A DNA stretch of 64,000 bases. Origin: Rhizobium sp. GTDB lineage: Bacteria > Pseudomonadota > Alphaproteobacteria > Rhizobiales > Rhizobiaceae. A model generated the notes under the pieces. The model was not told where the DNA came from. It made no database searches and was given only the letters and a program-made list of their open reading frames with translations. Position 1 is the first letter of the stretch. The number at the start of each line of letters is the position of its first letter. Positions 29,126 to 39,200 of this stretch are shown here, one piece after another. The DNA lies in the NCBI GenBank assembly GCA_029865825.1, contig JARXAQ010000248.1, positions 4,302-68,301 of the forward strand, read 5' to 3'. Both the position numbers and the translations under genes were made by a program.

Positions 29126-29815
29126 TTACTTCGCGGGGTTCGGGCCGATGCGCTTGCCATGGGTGACGCGCTCGGTTGCGCCGTGGACCATGGTGTAGGC
29201 GTAGTCCACGCCCATCCCGTAGGCGCCGGAATGCTCCTTCACCAGCGTGGTGACGGCGTCATAGGTTTCCTTGCGGGCCCAGTCGCGCTGCCATTCGAGC
29301 AGAACCTGCTGCCAGGTGACCGGAACGATACCGGCCTGCACCATGCGGTCCATGGCATATTTGTGGCCGTCTGCGGTGGTGCCGCCCGACGCATCCGCGA
29401 CCATGTAGATCTCAAAGTCTGGGCGGTCGTTGAGTGCCGACAATGCGAAGGTGGTGTTGCAGACTTCCGTCCAAAGGCCGGAAACGACGATCTTCTTGCG
29501 ACCCTGGGCGGCGTTGCGGTCGAGCGCATCGCGGACATTCTGGTCATCCCAGGAGTTCATCGAGGTGCGCTCGAGAATGTCGTTTTCCGGGAAGACAGCC
29601 AGCAATTCCGGGAATGTGTGGCCGGAGAAGGATTGTGTTTCAACAGTCGTGATCGTGGTCGGAATATTGAAGATCTTTCCGGCCTTGGCGAGTCCAACGA
29701 CATTGTTTTTCAGAACCTGCCGGTCGATCGACTGCACGCCGAACGCCATCTGCGGCTGCTGGTCGATGAAAATGAGCTGGCTGTTGGCGGGGGTCAGGAC
29801 TTCGAGCTTGGACAT
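29126..29815 (-). CDS. YcaC-like isochorismatase family cysteine hydrolase
   Basis: IFIDQQPQM, RTSMNSWDD, GLWTEVC, DASGG, EWQRDW. Confidence 0.92.
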   Translation of the reverse strand: MSKLEVLTPANSQLIFIDQQPQMAFGVQSIDRQVLKNNVVGLAKAGKIFNIPTTITTVETQSFSGHTFPELLAVFPENDILERTSMNSWDDQNVRDALDRNAAQGRKKIVVSGLWTEVCNTTFALSALNDRPDFEIYMVADASGGTTADGHKYAMDRMVQAGIVPVTWQQVLLEWQRDWARKETYDAVTTLVKEHSGAYGMGVDYAYTMVHGATERVTHGKRIGPNPAK

Positions 29816-29987
29816 TGTCAGTTCCTCTTCGGTTGTTTGGACCGCTGATGCGGCAGGGTGGTGAGCAGCCGGATTTTCTGTCTCGGCGCTCGAGAAGGGC
29901 TTCGTGCGGCAGGTTCGACCTCGGTGTTTTGTCCACCCGTTGCCTTGGCTGCTGAAATCAAAACTAGGCGATCGCCACATAGCGCGA

Positions 29988-30028
29988 AATTGCAATAATA
30001 GTTGAGAATCTGTTGCGATTTTTGCAAC
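29988..30028 (-). promoter_or_regulatory. 41-bp regulon motif, copy 3
   Basis: AATTGCAATAATAGTTGAGAATCTGTTGCGATTTTTGCAAC, containing GTTGC-N7-GCAAC. Confidence 0.72.
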
Positions 30029-30045
30029 GATCGGATCCCGATGGG

Positions 30046-30750
30046 CTAGATGGAAACGCCCATCACCGCCCCGTAGATGACCTCTGCCACTTCTGCTGGC
30101 GCCGACAGCAACGACATGTGGCTTGCGTGAAGCTCCGTTGTCTTAGCCTCCATTTTGACAGCCACCTGAAGTTGCAACTCGACGCTCACCGCACGATCTT
30201 CGGTGGAAACGACATAGAATGTGGGTCTGTCTGACCAGGCCGTATGGGTGACCTTGTCAGTGAACGTCGGAAGGCCAAGCGGTGTCTGCACAGCGGCGAG
30301 AAGTCTTGCCTCGCTTTCCGGAAGATCCTGAGCGACGTTGCTGATCCAGCTTTCGACACTCATCATAAGCTTGCCATTCCCGATATCGGTCACGCCGCTC
30401 AGCCCTGGAGGTGCTTCATGGGCACCCACCTGATCACCGGTTGATTGCCCAGCATCCGGGGCGAAGGCAGCGACGTAAACCAGGGCTTTTACGTTCGCAC
30501 TGTTGCCTGCTTCGGTGATGACAGTCCCACCCCAGCTATGACCGACCAGGACGACCGGACCTTTGATTGCGTCGAGGACATGTTTCGTGGCGGCGACGTC
30601 GTCGGCAAGTGACGTGGTCGGGTTCTGGACCGCGACGACATCGATCCCCTTTTCCAGCAGCAACCTGATGACACGGCGCCAGCTGGAGCCGTCGGCCCAT
30701 GCTCCGTGGACGAGCACAGCGGTAGCTTTGTTCGATGAAGACATTTCCAT
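30046..30750 (-). CDS. Alpha/beta fold hydrolase
   Basis: VLVHGAWADGSSW, GHSWGG, EDRAV, ASH. Confidence 0.92.
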   Translation of the reverse strand: MEMSSSNKATAVLVHGAWADGSSWRRVIRLLLEKGIDVVAVQNPTTSLADDVAATKHVLDAIKGPVVLVGHSWGGTVITEAGNSANVKALVYVAAFAPDAGQSTGDQVGAHEAPPGLSGVTDIGNGKLMMSVESWISNVAQDLPESEARLLAAVQTPLGLPTFTDKVTHTAWSDRPTFYVVSTEDRAVSVELQLQVAVKMEAKTTELHASHMSLLSAPAEVAEVIYGAVMGVSI

Positions 30751-30855
30751 GACAGATTTCCTTGTCGGATTGGATGGTGCTTGGATACGCTGCGGCGATG
30801 CGGAACGTCTTGGACGCCGCGCTGCAGAATTGTCTGTTCGTGAGGTATTCAGGCT

Positions 30856-31788
30856 CTAGGCGGCGAGGGGGGTGAGACCGGCCTCTATCTGCCCGCGAAA
30901 GGGCTCATACTGGGCTGGAAGTTTGAGCATCTCGCCCAGATGCGCAGCATCCTCGTCCCGGTCGAAGCCCGGCTCGTTGGTGGCGATTTCGAACAATACG
31001 CCGCCCGGTGTCCGAAAGTAGATGGCCCAGAAGTAATCGCGGTCAATCACCGGGGTCACCTGGTAACCGGTATCGACCAATGCCTTTCGCACATCGAGCT
31101 GCTTTTGCCGATTTTCGACGGCAAAGGCGATGTGATGGATCGAGCCGGCACCCTGGCGATTGAAAGCCGTCCCCGGCATTGCCTTCAGGTCAATCGTATC
31201 GGCGCCATTGCCGCCGGGTATGATGAAGCGGGTGGTATCGCCTTGCTGTTCGCCCTTTTGGTAGCCCATGAAGCTCAGCAGTTCGGACGTCGCGGCCGTG
31301 TCATGCAGGTTGAAACTGGCACCGGCGAAGCCACGAATTGCCACATCGGCGCTGACCCCGCCGTCGGTCCAGGCCGGACGAGCGTCGTCCTCGGTCTCGA
31401 TGAGGCTTAGGGGATCGCCATCCGGGCCACTGAACCGAAGGCGTCTGGCGCCGAAAACCGTGTCGAGCGCACCAAGCTTCGCACCACGCGCTGTCAGCCG
31501 TTCTTGCCAGAATGCGAGGGTGCCTTTCGGTACCGCGAACTGGATTTCGCCGACTTCGCCGATGCCCGGCCTTCCGCGGGTGACGCCTGGAAATGGGAAA
31601 TAAGTCATCACCGTCCCCGGCGTCCCACCTTCGTTGCCGTAGTACAGGTGGTAGACATTGGGATCGTCGAAATTCACCGTCTGTTTGACGCGTCGAAGTC
31701 CGAGTGTCTCGGTAAAGAAGCCATTGTTCAATCTGGCATCGGATGCCAGTGAGGTGATGTGATGTAGTCCGGTGATGTCCGTAATCAT
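30856..31788 (-). CDS. VOC family ring-cleaving dioxygenase (MhqO/LinE-like)
   Basis: GLHHIT, TVNFDDPNVYHLYYG, HHIAF, DRDYFWAIYFRTPGGVLFEIAT. Confidence 0.92.
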   Translation of the reverse strand: MITDITGLHHITSLASDARLNNGFFTETLGLRRVKQTVNFDDPNVYHLYYGNEGGTPGTVMTYFPFPGVTRGRPGIGEVGEIQFAVPKGTLAFWQERLTARGAKLGALDTVFGARRLRFSGPDGDPLSLIETEDDARPAWTDGGVSADVAIRGFAGASFNLHDTAATSELLSFMGYQKGEQQGDTTRFIIPGGNGADTIDLKAMPGTAFNRQGAGSIHHIAFAVENRQKQLDVRKALVDTGYQVTPVIDRDYFWAIYFRTPGGVLFEIATNEPGFDRDEDAAHLGEMLKLPAQYEPFRGQIEAGLTPLAA

Positions 31789-31860
31789 AACTTTTTCCTT
31801 CGCTACCGTGCTGTCCATCTGTTGTGTGAAGACAAGCTAGCGCGGTTGCGAAGGTGACAA

Positions 31861-31901
31861 AATTGCAATAAAAATTGCGAATGACTTGCGGTGGATGAAA
31901 T
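31861..31901. promoter_or_regulatory. 41-bp regulon motif, copy 4, in the VOC/LysR divergent promoter
   Basis: AATTGCAATAAAAATTGCGAATGACTTGCGGTGGATGAAAT, ending 6 bp before the LysR GTG. Confidence 0.72.
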
Positions 31902-31907
31902 AATCAC

Positions 31908-32807
31908 GTGAACGATTACAAGGCACTCAAGGTTTTTCTATTGGCCGCGGAGAAGCGCAATTTTGCGCAGGTGGCACGCGAGCTGGACATGACCCCCGCT
32001 GCAGTGACGCGCTCGATTGCCGCTCTGGAGCAGGATCTGGGTGTGCAACTCTTTGTCCGCACCACGCGGCAGGTCTCCCTGACGACCGATGGTGCAATCT
32101 TCGCAGCCCAGATCCAACCAGCGCTCGAAACTCTTGAAACCGCTCGAAAAGATATTCGCGATACGAACAAAGTCGATCAGGGCCGTCTGCGGATCAGCGC
32201 CCCCACCTGGTTCGGAAAGGCGGTACTTCCCCCAATTCTTTCAGGATTTCGAGAGCTTTATCCGAAGATTAGCTTTGAAGTTTCGCTGTCGGACGGGCTG
32301 GTCAACATCATGGAGGACGATTTTGATCTGACGATCCGAATTTCGTCCCAACCCTCCGACAAGTTCACCATCTGGCGCAAGATCAGGGTCGTACCGCGGA
32401 TACTCGTGGCCGCTCCGGGAACCCGGTTTGTCGATATGACAACTCCCGACCAGCTCTCGCCCGATGATTGTCTGGCCTATAGCGGCGAAAGTCGACGCGA
32501 GACCTGGGTTCTGTCAGATGGCGGAACAAGTGTTGCGATTGCTGCAGGGCGCGCATTCAGTGCCAATAGCGGGGAAGTTCTCGCGGATATGGCCGTCGAC
32601 GGCGCTGGCGTTGCCATGCTGCCAGGCTTTCATATCGCCGAGCATCTGCGAACTGGCCGCTTGGTTCACGTCCTGCGCAACTGGGCACCACCCGATCTCT
32701 GGCTGACGCTCTATTATCCTCCTTATCAGGCTTTACCGCCCCGAATTGCTGCATTTTCGAAGTTTTTCGAACAGCAGATCCCTTCGCTCATGACCACAAT
32801 TTCTTGA
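31908..32807 (+). CDS. LysR family regulator (CrgA-like)
   Basis: NFAQVARELDMTPAAVTRSIAALEQDLGVQLFVRTTR. Confidence 0.94.
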   Translation: MNDYKALKVFLLAAEKRNFAQVARELDMTPAAVTRSIAALEQDLGVQLFVRTTRQVSLTTDGAIFAAQIQPALETLETARKDIRDTNKVDQGRLRISAPTWFGKAVLPPILSGFRELYPKISFEVSLSDGLVNIMEDDFDLTIRISSQPSDKFTIWRKIRVVPRILVAAPGTRFVDMTTPDQLSPDDCLAYSGESRRETWVLSDGGTSVAIAAGRAFSANSGEVLADMAVDGAGVAMLPGFHIAEHLRTGRLVHVLRNWAPPDLWLTLYYPPYQALPPRIAAFSKFFEQQIPSLMTTIS

Positions 32808-33152
32808 TGAAGCGCGTCCCCTGCGGCGGGAAGGAAGAGCTCGTGAGCTAAGTTTCTCGTGTATGAGGCCGAGGGCGTTAAAGTCGACACGCGGACGTCT
32901 ACGGTTCTGAATTTGAGATGTCCGCTTCGTGTCCTTGCTTGCATAGCGCTGAAGCCGCAGCGAGATGCGCGTGTCGCCTCCGCTGCGGTCAAAAATGGCA
33001 TAGGAAATTGAAAGTTCGGAGTGTCGCGTGCCGCTAGGCTGCTCGGAAGCGTAAGGCCGGGCGCACGGCGCCGATGCGCCGCCCGATCACGTCAATTGTG
33101 CACGCACATCGGCGTAGAACAGTGTAACCGGGGCGCAGGGCAGTGGCTGTCT

Positions 33153-33716
33153 TCACGCGACCCGCCCGTTCCGCCGCCAAGCGGCTGGTGTCTGGCCCGT
33201 GATGCGGCGGAAGACGCGGCAGAGATGGGACTGGTCGGCAAAGCCGCAAGCGATCGCGATTTCGCAGAGCGGCGTGTCGGTGGTGAGCATCAACTGCTTT
33301 GCACGATCGATGCGCCTTCGGGATATGTAATCGTGTGGCGTGGTTCCGAAACTGGCGCGAAAGGCGGCGGAGAAATAGCTTGTGCTGAGACGTGTGATCC
33401 GGGCGAGATCGTCATTGTTGATCCGTCGGGCACACTCTTTGTCGATATGCTGCTTCACCCGTTCCGCCTGCCACGGAGCCAAGCTGCCTCGCGCCGATGG
33501 CTCAGGCTCGTTCAAGGTGTCCAGGTTGCCAAAGAGGTTGCCAAAAACAGCCGAGGCTCTCTTGATGACATCTATGGCGCCGTCTTCGTCCTTCTCCACA
33601 AGCGATACGGCGTGAGCCAATAGCTGTGTGACCTGGATGTGTTGCGAAGCCATGGAAGAAGCGCGTTGCTGCCTTCGGTGAAAACGATCGTCGATCTGAA
33701 ACGGATGTGCTGACAT
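33153..33716 (-). CDS. Short AraC family regulator
   Basis: LAPWQAERVKQHI...FRASFGTTPHDY...EIAIACGFADQSHLCRVF; start uncertain. Confidence 0.88.
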   Translation of the reverse strand: MSAHPFQIDDRFHRRQQRASSMASQHIQVTQLLAHAVSLVEKDEDGAIDVIKRASAVFGNLFGNLDTLNEPEPSARGSLAPWQAERVKQHIDKECARRINNDDLARITRLSTSYFSAAFRASFGTTPHDYISRRRIDRAKQLMLTTDTPLCEIAIACGFADQSHLCRVFRRITGQTPAAWRRNGRVA

Positions 33717-33897
33717 GACAAACCCCATTTGTCTCTGCTTGATGGGGATCATCGGACGAATGACGCTGCGGGGAAATTGTACAGGAATTGATAGATGTTA
33801 AACTGCAGTGCTAGCCTCGCATACCCACGTATAGTTGCCGTATGGTCGTGGCCGGGTCTAAGGAAAGAGGATCGTCTCGATCCCTGAAAGTCGAAGG

Positions 33898-34533
33898 ATG
33901 TCCGTGAGCCCTCTCGTTCTCGTTGTGGATGACGAGCACATCGTCCGCACTTCCGTCGATAGCCTTCTACGCTCGGTTGGCTACCGCGTGAAATGTTATG
34001 CGACGCCGCTGGATCTTTGCCGAGACAAGGAAGGCTTGGAAGAAGCCGACTGCCTGATCCTGGACGTCAGGCTTCCGTTCACCAGCGGCCTCGATTTTCA
34101 AAAGAAACTTTCGGAGATGGGCAGCGAGATTCCGATCGTCTTCGTCACCGGCCACGGTGATATCCCGATGTCGGTGCGCGCGATGAAGGCGGGTGCAGTC
34201 GACTTCTTGCCAAAACCGTTTCGCGATCAGGACATGCTCGACGCGGTCGCTGCCGCCTGTCTGACGCGGGCCGTGGTCAAGGGAGAGACGAAGATTGAAG
34301 CGGAGCTGCAGGAGCGTTTCTCGTCGTTGACCCCGCGCGAACGGCAGATCATGGAAATGGCGACCAGCGGATTGATGAACAAGCAGATCGCCGGCGAACT
34401 TGAGCTCAGCGAGATTACCGTGAAGGTCCATCGTGGCAAGATCATGCGCAAGATGATGGCCAAGACCTTTGCCGACCTTGTTAAGATGTCCGAGGCCATT
34501 GCGCGAAATCAGGGCACGTCGGCCAGTCGATAA
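33898..34533 (+). CDS. FixJ/NodW/StyR-type response regulator (REC plus LuxR HTH)
   Basis: VVDD, LDVRLP, TGHGDIPM, FLPKP; LTPRERQ...NKQIAGELELSEITVKVHRG. Confidence 0.95.
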   Translation: MSVSPLVLVVDDEHIVRTSVDSLLRSVGYRVKCYATPLDLCRDKEGLEEADCLILDVRLPFTSGLDFQKKLSEMGSEIPIVFVTGHGDIPMSVRAMKAGAVDFLPKPFRDQDMLDAVAAACLTRAVVKGETKIEAELQERFSSLTPRERQIMEMATSGLMNKQIAGELELSEITVKVHRGKIMRKMMAKTFADLVKMSEAIARNQGTSASR

Positions 34534-34620
34534 ACTCGAGTATAGTCGATAAAGTTTTGAAATACCGCTATTAAGGCATGCAGACGAACCCGGTCGCCGA
34601 CCGGAGATTGGCAGATCAAG

Positions 34621-34995
34621 GTGCATGCTCCCAGGCTCATTTCCGTAATCGACGACGAAGTCGAGGTCCTGCGTGCCACCAGCAGCCTCTTGAGATCCTG
34701 CGGTTTCGATGTCGCGACCTATTCTTCCGCGGAGGATTTTCTCCAATCGCAGAACAATGGTCGCTCGGCATGTCTCGTCTCGGACGTGCAGATGCCCGGT
34801 ATGACTGGTGTCGAGCTCTATGCGTTCCTGAGGGAGTGCAAGGATCCCGTGCCGATGATCTTCATCACGGCCTTTCCCGAGACGCCAGTGCGTGCCAACA
34901 TCGATGCGCCGGTCTGTGTCCTGCAGAAGCCCTATCAAGCGGAAGCACTGATCGCCTGTATAGAACGGGCGATTAGCATGCAGCCGCAGGCTTAA
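34621..34995 (+). CDS. Single-domain response regulator
   Basis: VIDD, SDVQMPGMTG, FITA, LQKP. Confidence 0.92.
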   Translation: MHAPRLISVIDDEVEVLRATSSLLRSCGFDVATYSSAEDFLQSQNNGRSACLVSDVQMPGMTGVELYAFLRECKDPVPMIFITAFPETPVRANIDAPVCVLQKPYQAEALIACIERAISMQPQA

Positions 34996-35232
34996 CCACT
35001 CAGCCAGCTAGACGTCGGCCCGCCGTATATCTCACGACTTTGCCGGCCCGGTGGTCAGGATCGCCGAGACGGTGAAGGTTTTTGCGGCATTGGCGACCAG
35101 CGCTGCATTGGTGCGCAGGTTCACGGCATCGATGCTCTCGGTGGCAAATGCCATCCGGCACCGTCAGTCTCTTGTCGGCTATACAGCCGAGTTGGACGTG
35201 TCACCGTTTTTCACGCGATGAAGGCAGGGCGT

Positions 35233-36129
35233 TCACACCCGATGTCGACGATAGTCACCAGGAGACATCCCGGTGTGTCGTCGGAACGCGCGCCCGAAAG
35301 CAGCCTGCGAGGAAAAGCGGCAACGGAAGGCGATCTCCGAAAGCGATAGCCTTGTGTCATCGAGAAGCTTTTGTCCGTGAGCAAGCCGGCGCGTGGCCAC
35401 GTAATCCGATGGCGACTGTCCGAGCGCCGCCTTGAACGACCGGGCAAAATGATAGCGGCTGAGGCATGCCACCTCGGCGAGTTCTGGAACGGTCAAATCA
35501 TCTTCCAGGTTTTCCTCGACATAGTCGATGACCCGGTTGCGCCTGGCCGGGCTCAGGGCGCCGTTCACCTCGGTCGGCGGCGCGTTGATGCTGTTTCCCG
35601 AGTAGCTTGAGAGAAGATGGAGTGCGAGCGCCATGGACAGCTGCTCGACAAGCAGGTCTCCGGCTGCCGTTTCGTATCGCATCTCCTGTAGGACGCGGAA
35701 ACACAATTGCCGAACGAATTCATCGGGCACGTCGGCGAGGTAGGCGATGTCGCCCGAAACGACAGGCCGTGATGTCAACTCGCCGATCGAGGCAAACTGA
35801 TGCTCGGGGAGATAGAGATGCAGGATCTCGGGCAGAGGCTCGGTTATGCGGATGGAATCTTCCTGGACCCCGATCGGGCAGAACCAGAGGGTGCCGCTGC
35901 GGACCGCCGTCGACTGAAATCGCCCGTCACCGCGACGATGAACGATGCCGGAGGGCGTTCCCTGGAGCGCGAGCGTGATTTCCATCTGGGTGCTGCAGAT
36001 GGCGGGCAGTTCGCAAGCCGGATGCGCACGCACTTCCGCACTCAGGTTCTGCCACCGCCTGCCCGCAGAAGAGTTGATGACACCCGCCTGAGGGAATTTG
36101 AATATGCCATGGTCGTGGAGTGACGACAT
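35233..36129 (-). CDS. AraC family regulator
   Basis: N-terminal sensing domain plus ELAEVACLSRYHFARSFK...EIAFRCRFSSQAAFGRAF. Confidence 0.93.
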   Translation of the reverse strand: MSSLHDHGIFKFPQAGVINSSAGRRWQNLSAEVRAHPACELPAICSTQMEITLALQGTPSGIVHRRGDGRFQSTAVRSGTLWFCPIGVQEDSIRITEPLPEILHLYLPEHQFASIGELTSRPVVSGDIAYLADVPDEFVRQLCFRVLQEMRYETAAGDLLVEQLSMALALHLLSSYSGNSINAPPTEVNGALSPARRNRVIDYVEENLEDDLTVPELAEVACLSRYHFARSFKAALGQSPSDYVATRRLAHGQKLLDDTRLSLSEIAFRCRFSSQAAFGRAFRRHTGMSPGDYRRHRV

Positions 36130-36297
36130 GCCCCTTGGCCTCTCGATAAGGATCTATCATAAAAGTCCGATAAGCCGTCTGCAATGCCGAGAATTCGCAT
36201 TTGCAGCAAGTTTGGCCCGAATGACAGCACATGCGGCAAAGACAGCACTCGGCCTTCAGTGTTATGCCGGGGTAAGGTGCATCTTCGGGTGAAGACC

Positions 36298-39200
36298 ATG
36301 CTGCAGCTAGCCAGAGACAGCGGAATGTTCGATCAAGCCTGGCTTCGAGCCAGTAACCAAACACTTGTCTGGCAGTCCGGCGGTGCCAGCCTCTGTCGTC
36401 TGTCACAGGGTGATGGCGTGTGGGACGCGCTCATCCTCCCGCGCGCGCGCGACGGATCGCGATCGCAACAGATCGACCCGCACCTGCGCCGCCACCCGAA
36501 TGCCGACGCCTGGCTCGACTCTCCTGTCGCAATTGTTGAGGAACCCGAGCATCGCGTTCTGGTGTTCGACACCGCGAGCATTATCCTGAAATTGCTGTCG
36601 CCTGCGCCAGCCCCTCTGGACGACTTTCTACCCTTGGCCCTTTCCATGGTCCGGGCGCTTTCGGCAGCCCATGTCGATGGTGCTCCGCTTGGATCTCTGC
36701 ATCCGATAGACTTTGCGATCGATCGTCATGGCGACCTCCGTCTGAGGACACTGCCCGTGACGGCCTCAGCGCAGACGATCGGGGTAATCGATGAGATCGT
36801 CTATCGCGCACCGGAGCAATTGAGGCATGTCGCCCCGCATTCCGACAGTCGAAGCGACCTTTATGCGCTTGGCATGATCCTCTTCAGGCATCTGACCGGC
36901 ATCTTTCCGCTGGCGGCCAACTCGCCGGTCGAATGGCGCCATGCCCATCTTGCACTGGCTCCGATGGATGCGGGCAGCATCTTCGCCGACCTGCCGGCGG
37001 TGATCGGGCAGATCCTCAGGCGTCTGCTCGCGAAGGAGCCTGCCGCGCGTTACCAGACTGCCCTCGCGCTGGAGGTCGATCTTGCGCGCTGCGAGCAGGA
37101 ATGGCGCGAGAAACGCTTCATCAGCGATTTCGAAATCGGCCGCGTCGACACGCCCTTCGCGCAGCTCGGGACCTCTGCGCTTTTCGGTCGTGGGGAAGAG
37201 GAAGAGATCCTCTCAAACGTGCTGGAGCGCTTTCTGGATCATGGCAAGCCGTCGATGATCTCGGTGCATGGCCAGCCGGGCGTTGGAAAGTCGAGCCTCA
37301 TTCACAGCCTCGGCAAGGAGGCTGCCGAAAAGGCGCTGTTCATTCAGGGCAAGAGTGACCAGCATCAGTCTGAAGTTCCCTACGGTCCGGTGGTGCAGGC
37401 GATCAGCGCCTTCATCGACGAGGCGATGCGAGCCGACCATGCGACCCTTGCATCCCTTCGCAAGGCGCTGGCCCGCGAGCTGCAGGGTAACGCGGCGCTG
37501 CTGCTTGACCTCCTGCCTTCAATGGAAGTCCTGACCGGGCCTCAGGCTATCAGGATCGAGGTGCCTGGCCCCATGGTCCAGCTTCGGTTGCAGCGGGCAT
37601 TGCGCACGGTCCTGTCGGTCGCGGCAACGACGCTTAGCCCTCTGATCCTCTTTCTCGACGACGTGCAATGGGCCGACGAAGCGACCCGCTCCTTCCTCTC
37701 GGTCCTGGTGAGCGAGCCGGTCACGGGACTTCTCCTGATCGTCGCCCGGCGCGACCAGTCGGGTGAGGCGCAGGCCCTGTCAGACCGACTGATGGCGGAT
37801 GCACGTGTCTCCGTGGCGGAACTGGCCGACCTTCACCTGCGTCCGCTGTCCCTGCAGTCCACCCGCCAGATGCTCGAGGCGATTTTCTCGGATGCACCGC
37901 AGGGCATCCTGGATCTGGCCGCGACGCTTCAAGAAAAAACAGGGGGGAACCCCTTCTATCTGCGAAGACTGCTGCAGGCACTGGTACAGGATGGTGTCGT
38001 CTATTTCTCCCCCGGCGAACAAGCGTGGCTGTGCAGGGTCGAAGACGTGGCTCGCTACCCGGCGAGCGACAACATCATTTCCTTCGTAACAGCCCGCCTG
38101 GAAAAGGAGGGGCAGGAGGCACTTCGTCTCTTGCAGACAATGGCCTGCATCGGTCCCGAAGCGGAAAAGTCAGTTCTCGCCAGCGCCCTGGGCCAATCGG
38201 AAGAGAGCCTCCTGCAGCTTGCTGCACCGCTGGCGCGCTCCGGCTTCGTCTTGCTGTCGCCGACAAGACTGAGTTTTGCCCATGACCGCATTCAGGAGGC
38301 GGCCTATTCGCTGATGGACGGGCCGACAAGGCGCGGGCGCCACCTCCATCTGGTCGACGTGATGATGTCTTTATGGGACAGCGGAACGAACGCTGCAGCC
38401 TTCGCAATCGCCAATCAGATCGAGCAATGTCGGGCCGAACATCTACCGATTGAGAAGCGGAAGCTGTTCATTGAAGCCCTTCTGGCAGCGCTTGTGCATG
38501 CACGGCGCTCTGCGGCCTTCAGTCAGGCGGTCCGTTACGGAGAGACCGCGGTCAGCCTGGTCCAGGACGACCTTTGGGCAGACCACTACGCGCTGTCGTT
38601 CAGTGCGCATACCCTGCTGTGTGAGGCGCTGTTGGGCGCAGCGTCGCTCGAAGCCGCAGAGGCCAGGCTCAAGGATCTCCTCCAGTATGCGCGATCGGCC
38701 CTGGACAGAAGCGTCGTCTTCCGGCTTCGCGCCAACTTGCTGACGCTGAAATCCGACTATGATGGCGCCATAGACGAGTCGCTGCTGGGTCTCGGCGAAC
38801 TCGGCGTCAAACTGGCGCGCGGGTCGAGCGAAGAGGAGCAGGACCAGGCCTATCGCGATATCCGGCGACGGCTCGCAGGCAGGCAGATTTCAGATCTCGA
38901 ACATCTTCCCACCATGGAGGATCCGAAAATTCGGGCGGCCATGTCGCTGCTCGCGCCGCTGATCTCCTCCGTGTTCACCACGGACGGCCTCCGCTTTCTT
39001 CATTTGGCGAAGATGGTGGAGCTGACGCTGGAGCACGGTGCCTGCCCGGAATCGACCTATGGTCTCGGATGGTTCGGCGTGCTCATTGCCGACAAGTACG
39101 GTGCCTATCACGATGGCCTGAGCTTCGGCCTCGCGGCCCGGGCGCTGGTGGATAAATACGGGTTCGAACACCTTCGCACCTCCGTGCTGGTGGGTGTCGA

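Noticed and set aside
32810-33150. Possible sRNA from imperfect hairpins between LysR and AraC
   Set aside because: No promoter/terminator pair or known family features; GC-rich hairpins arise by chance
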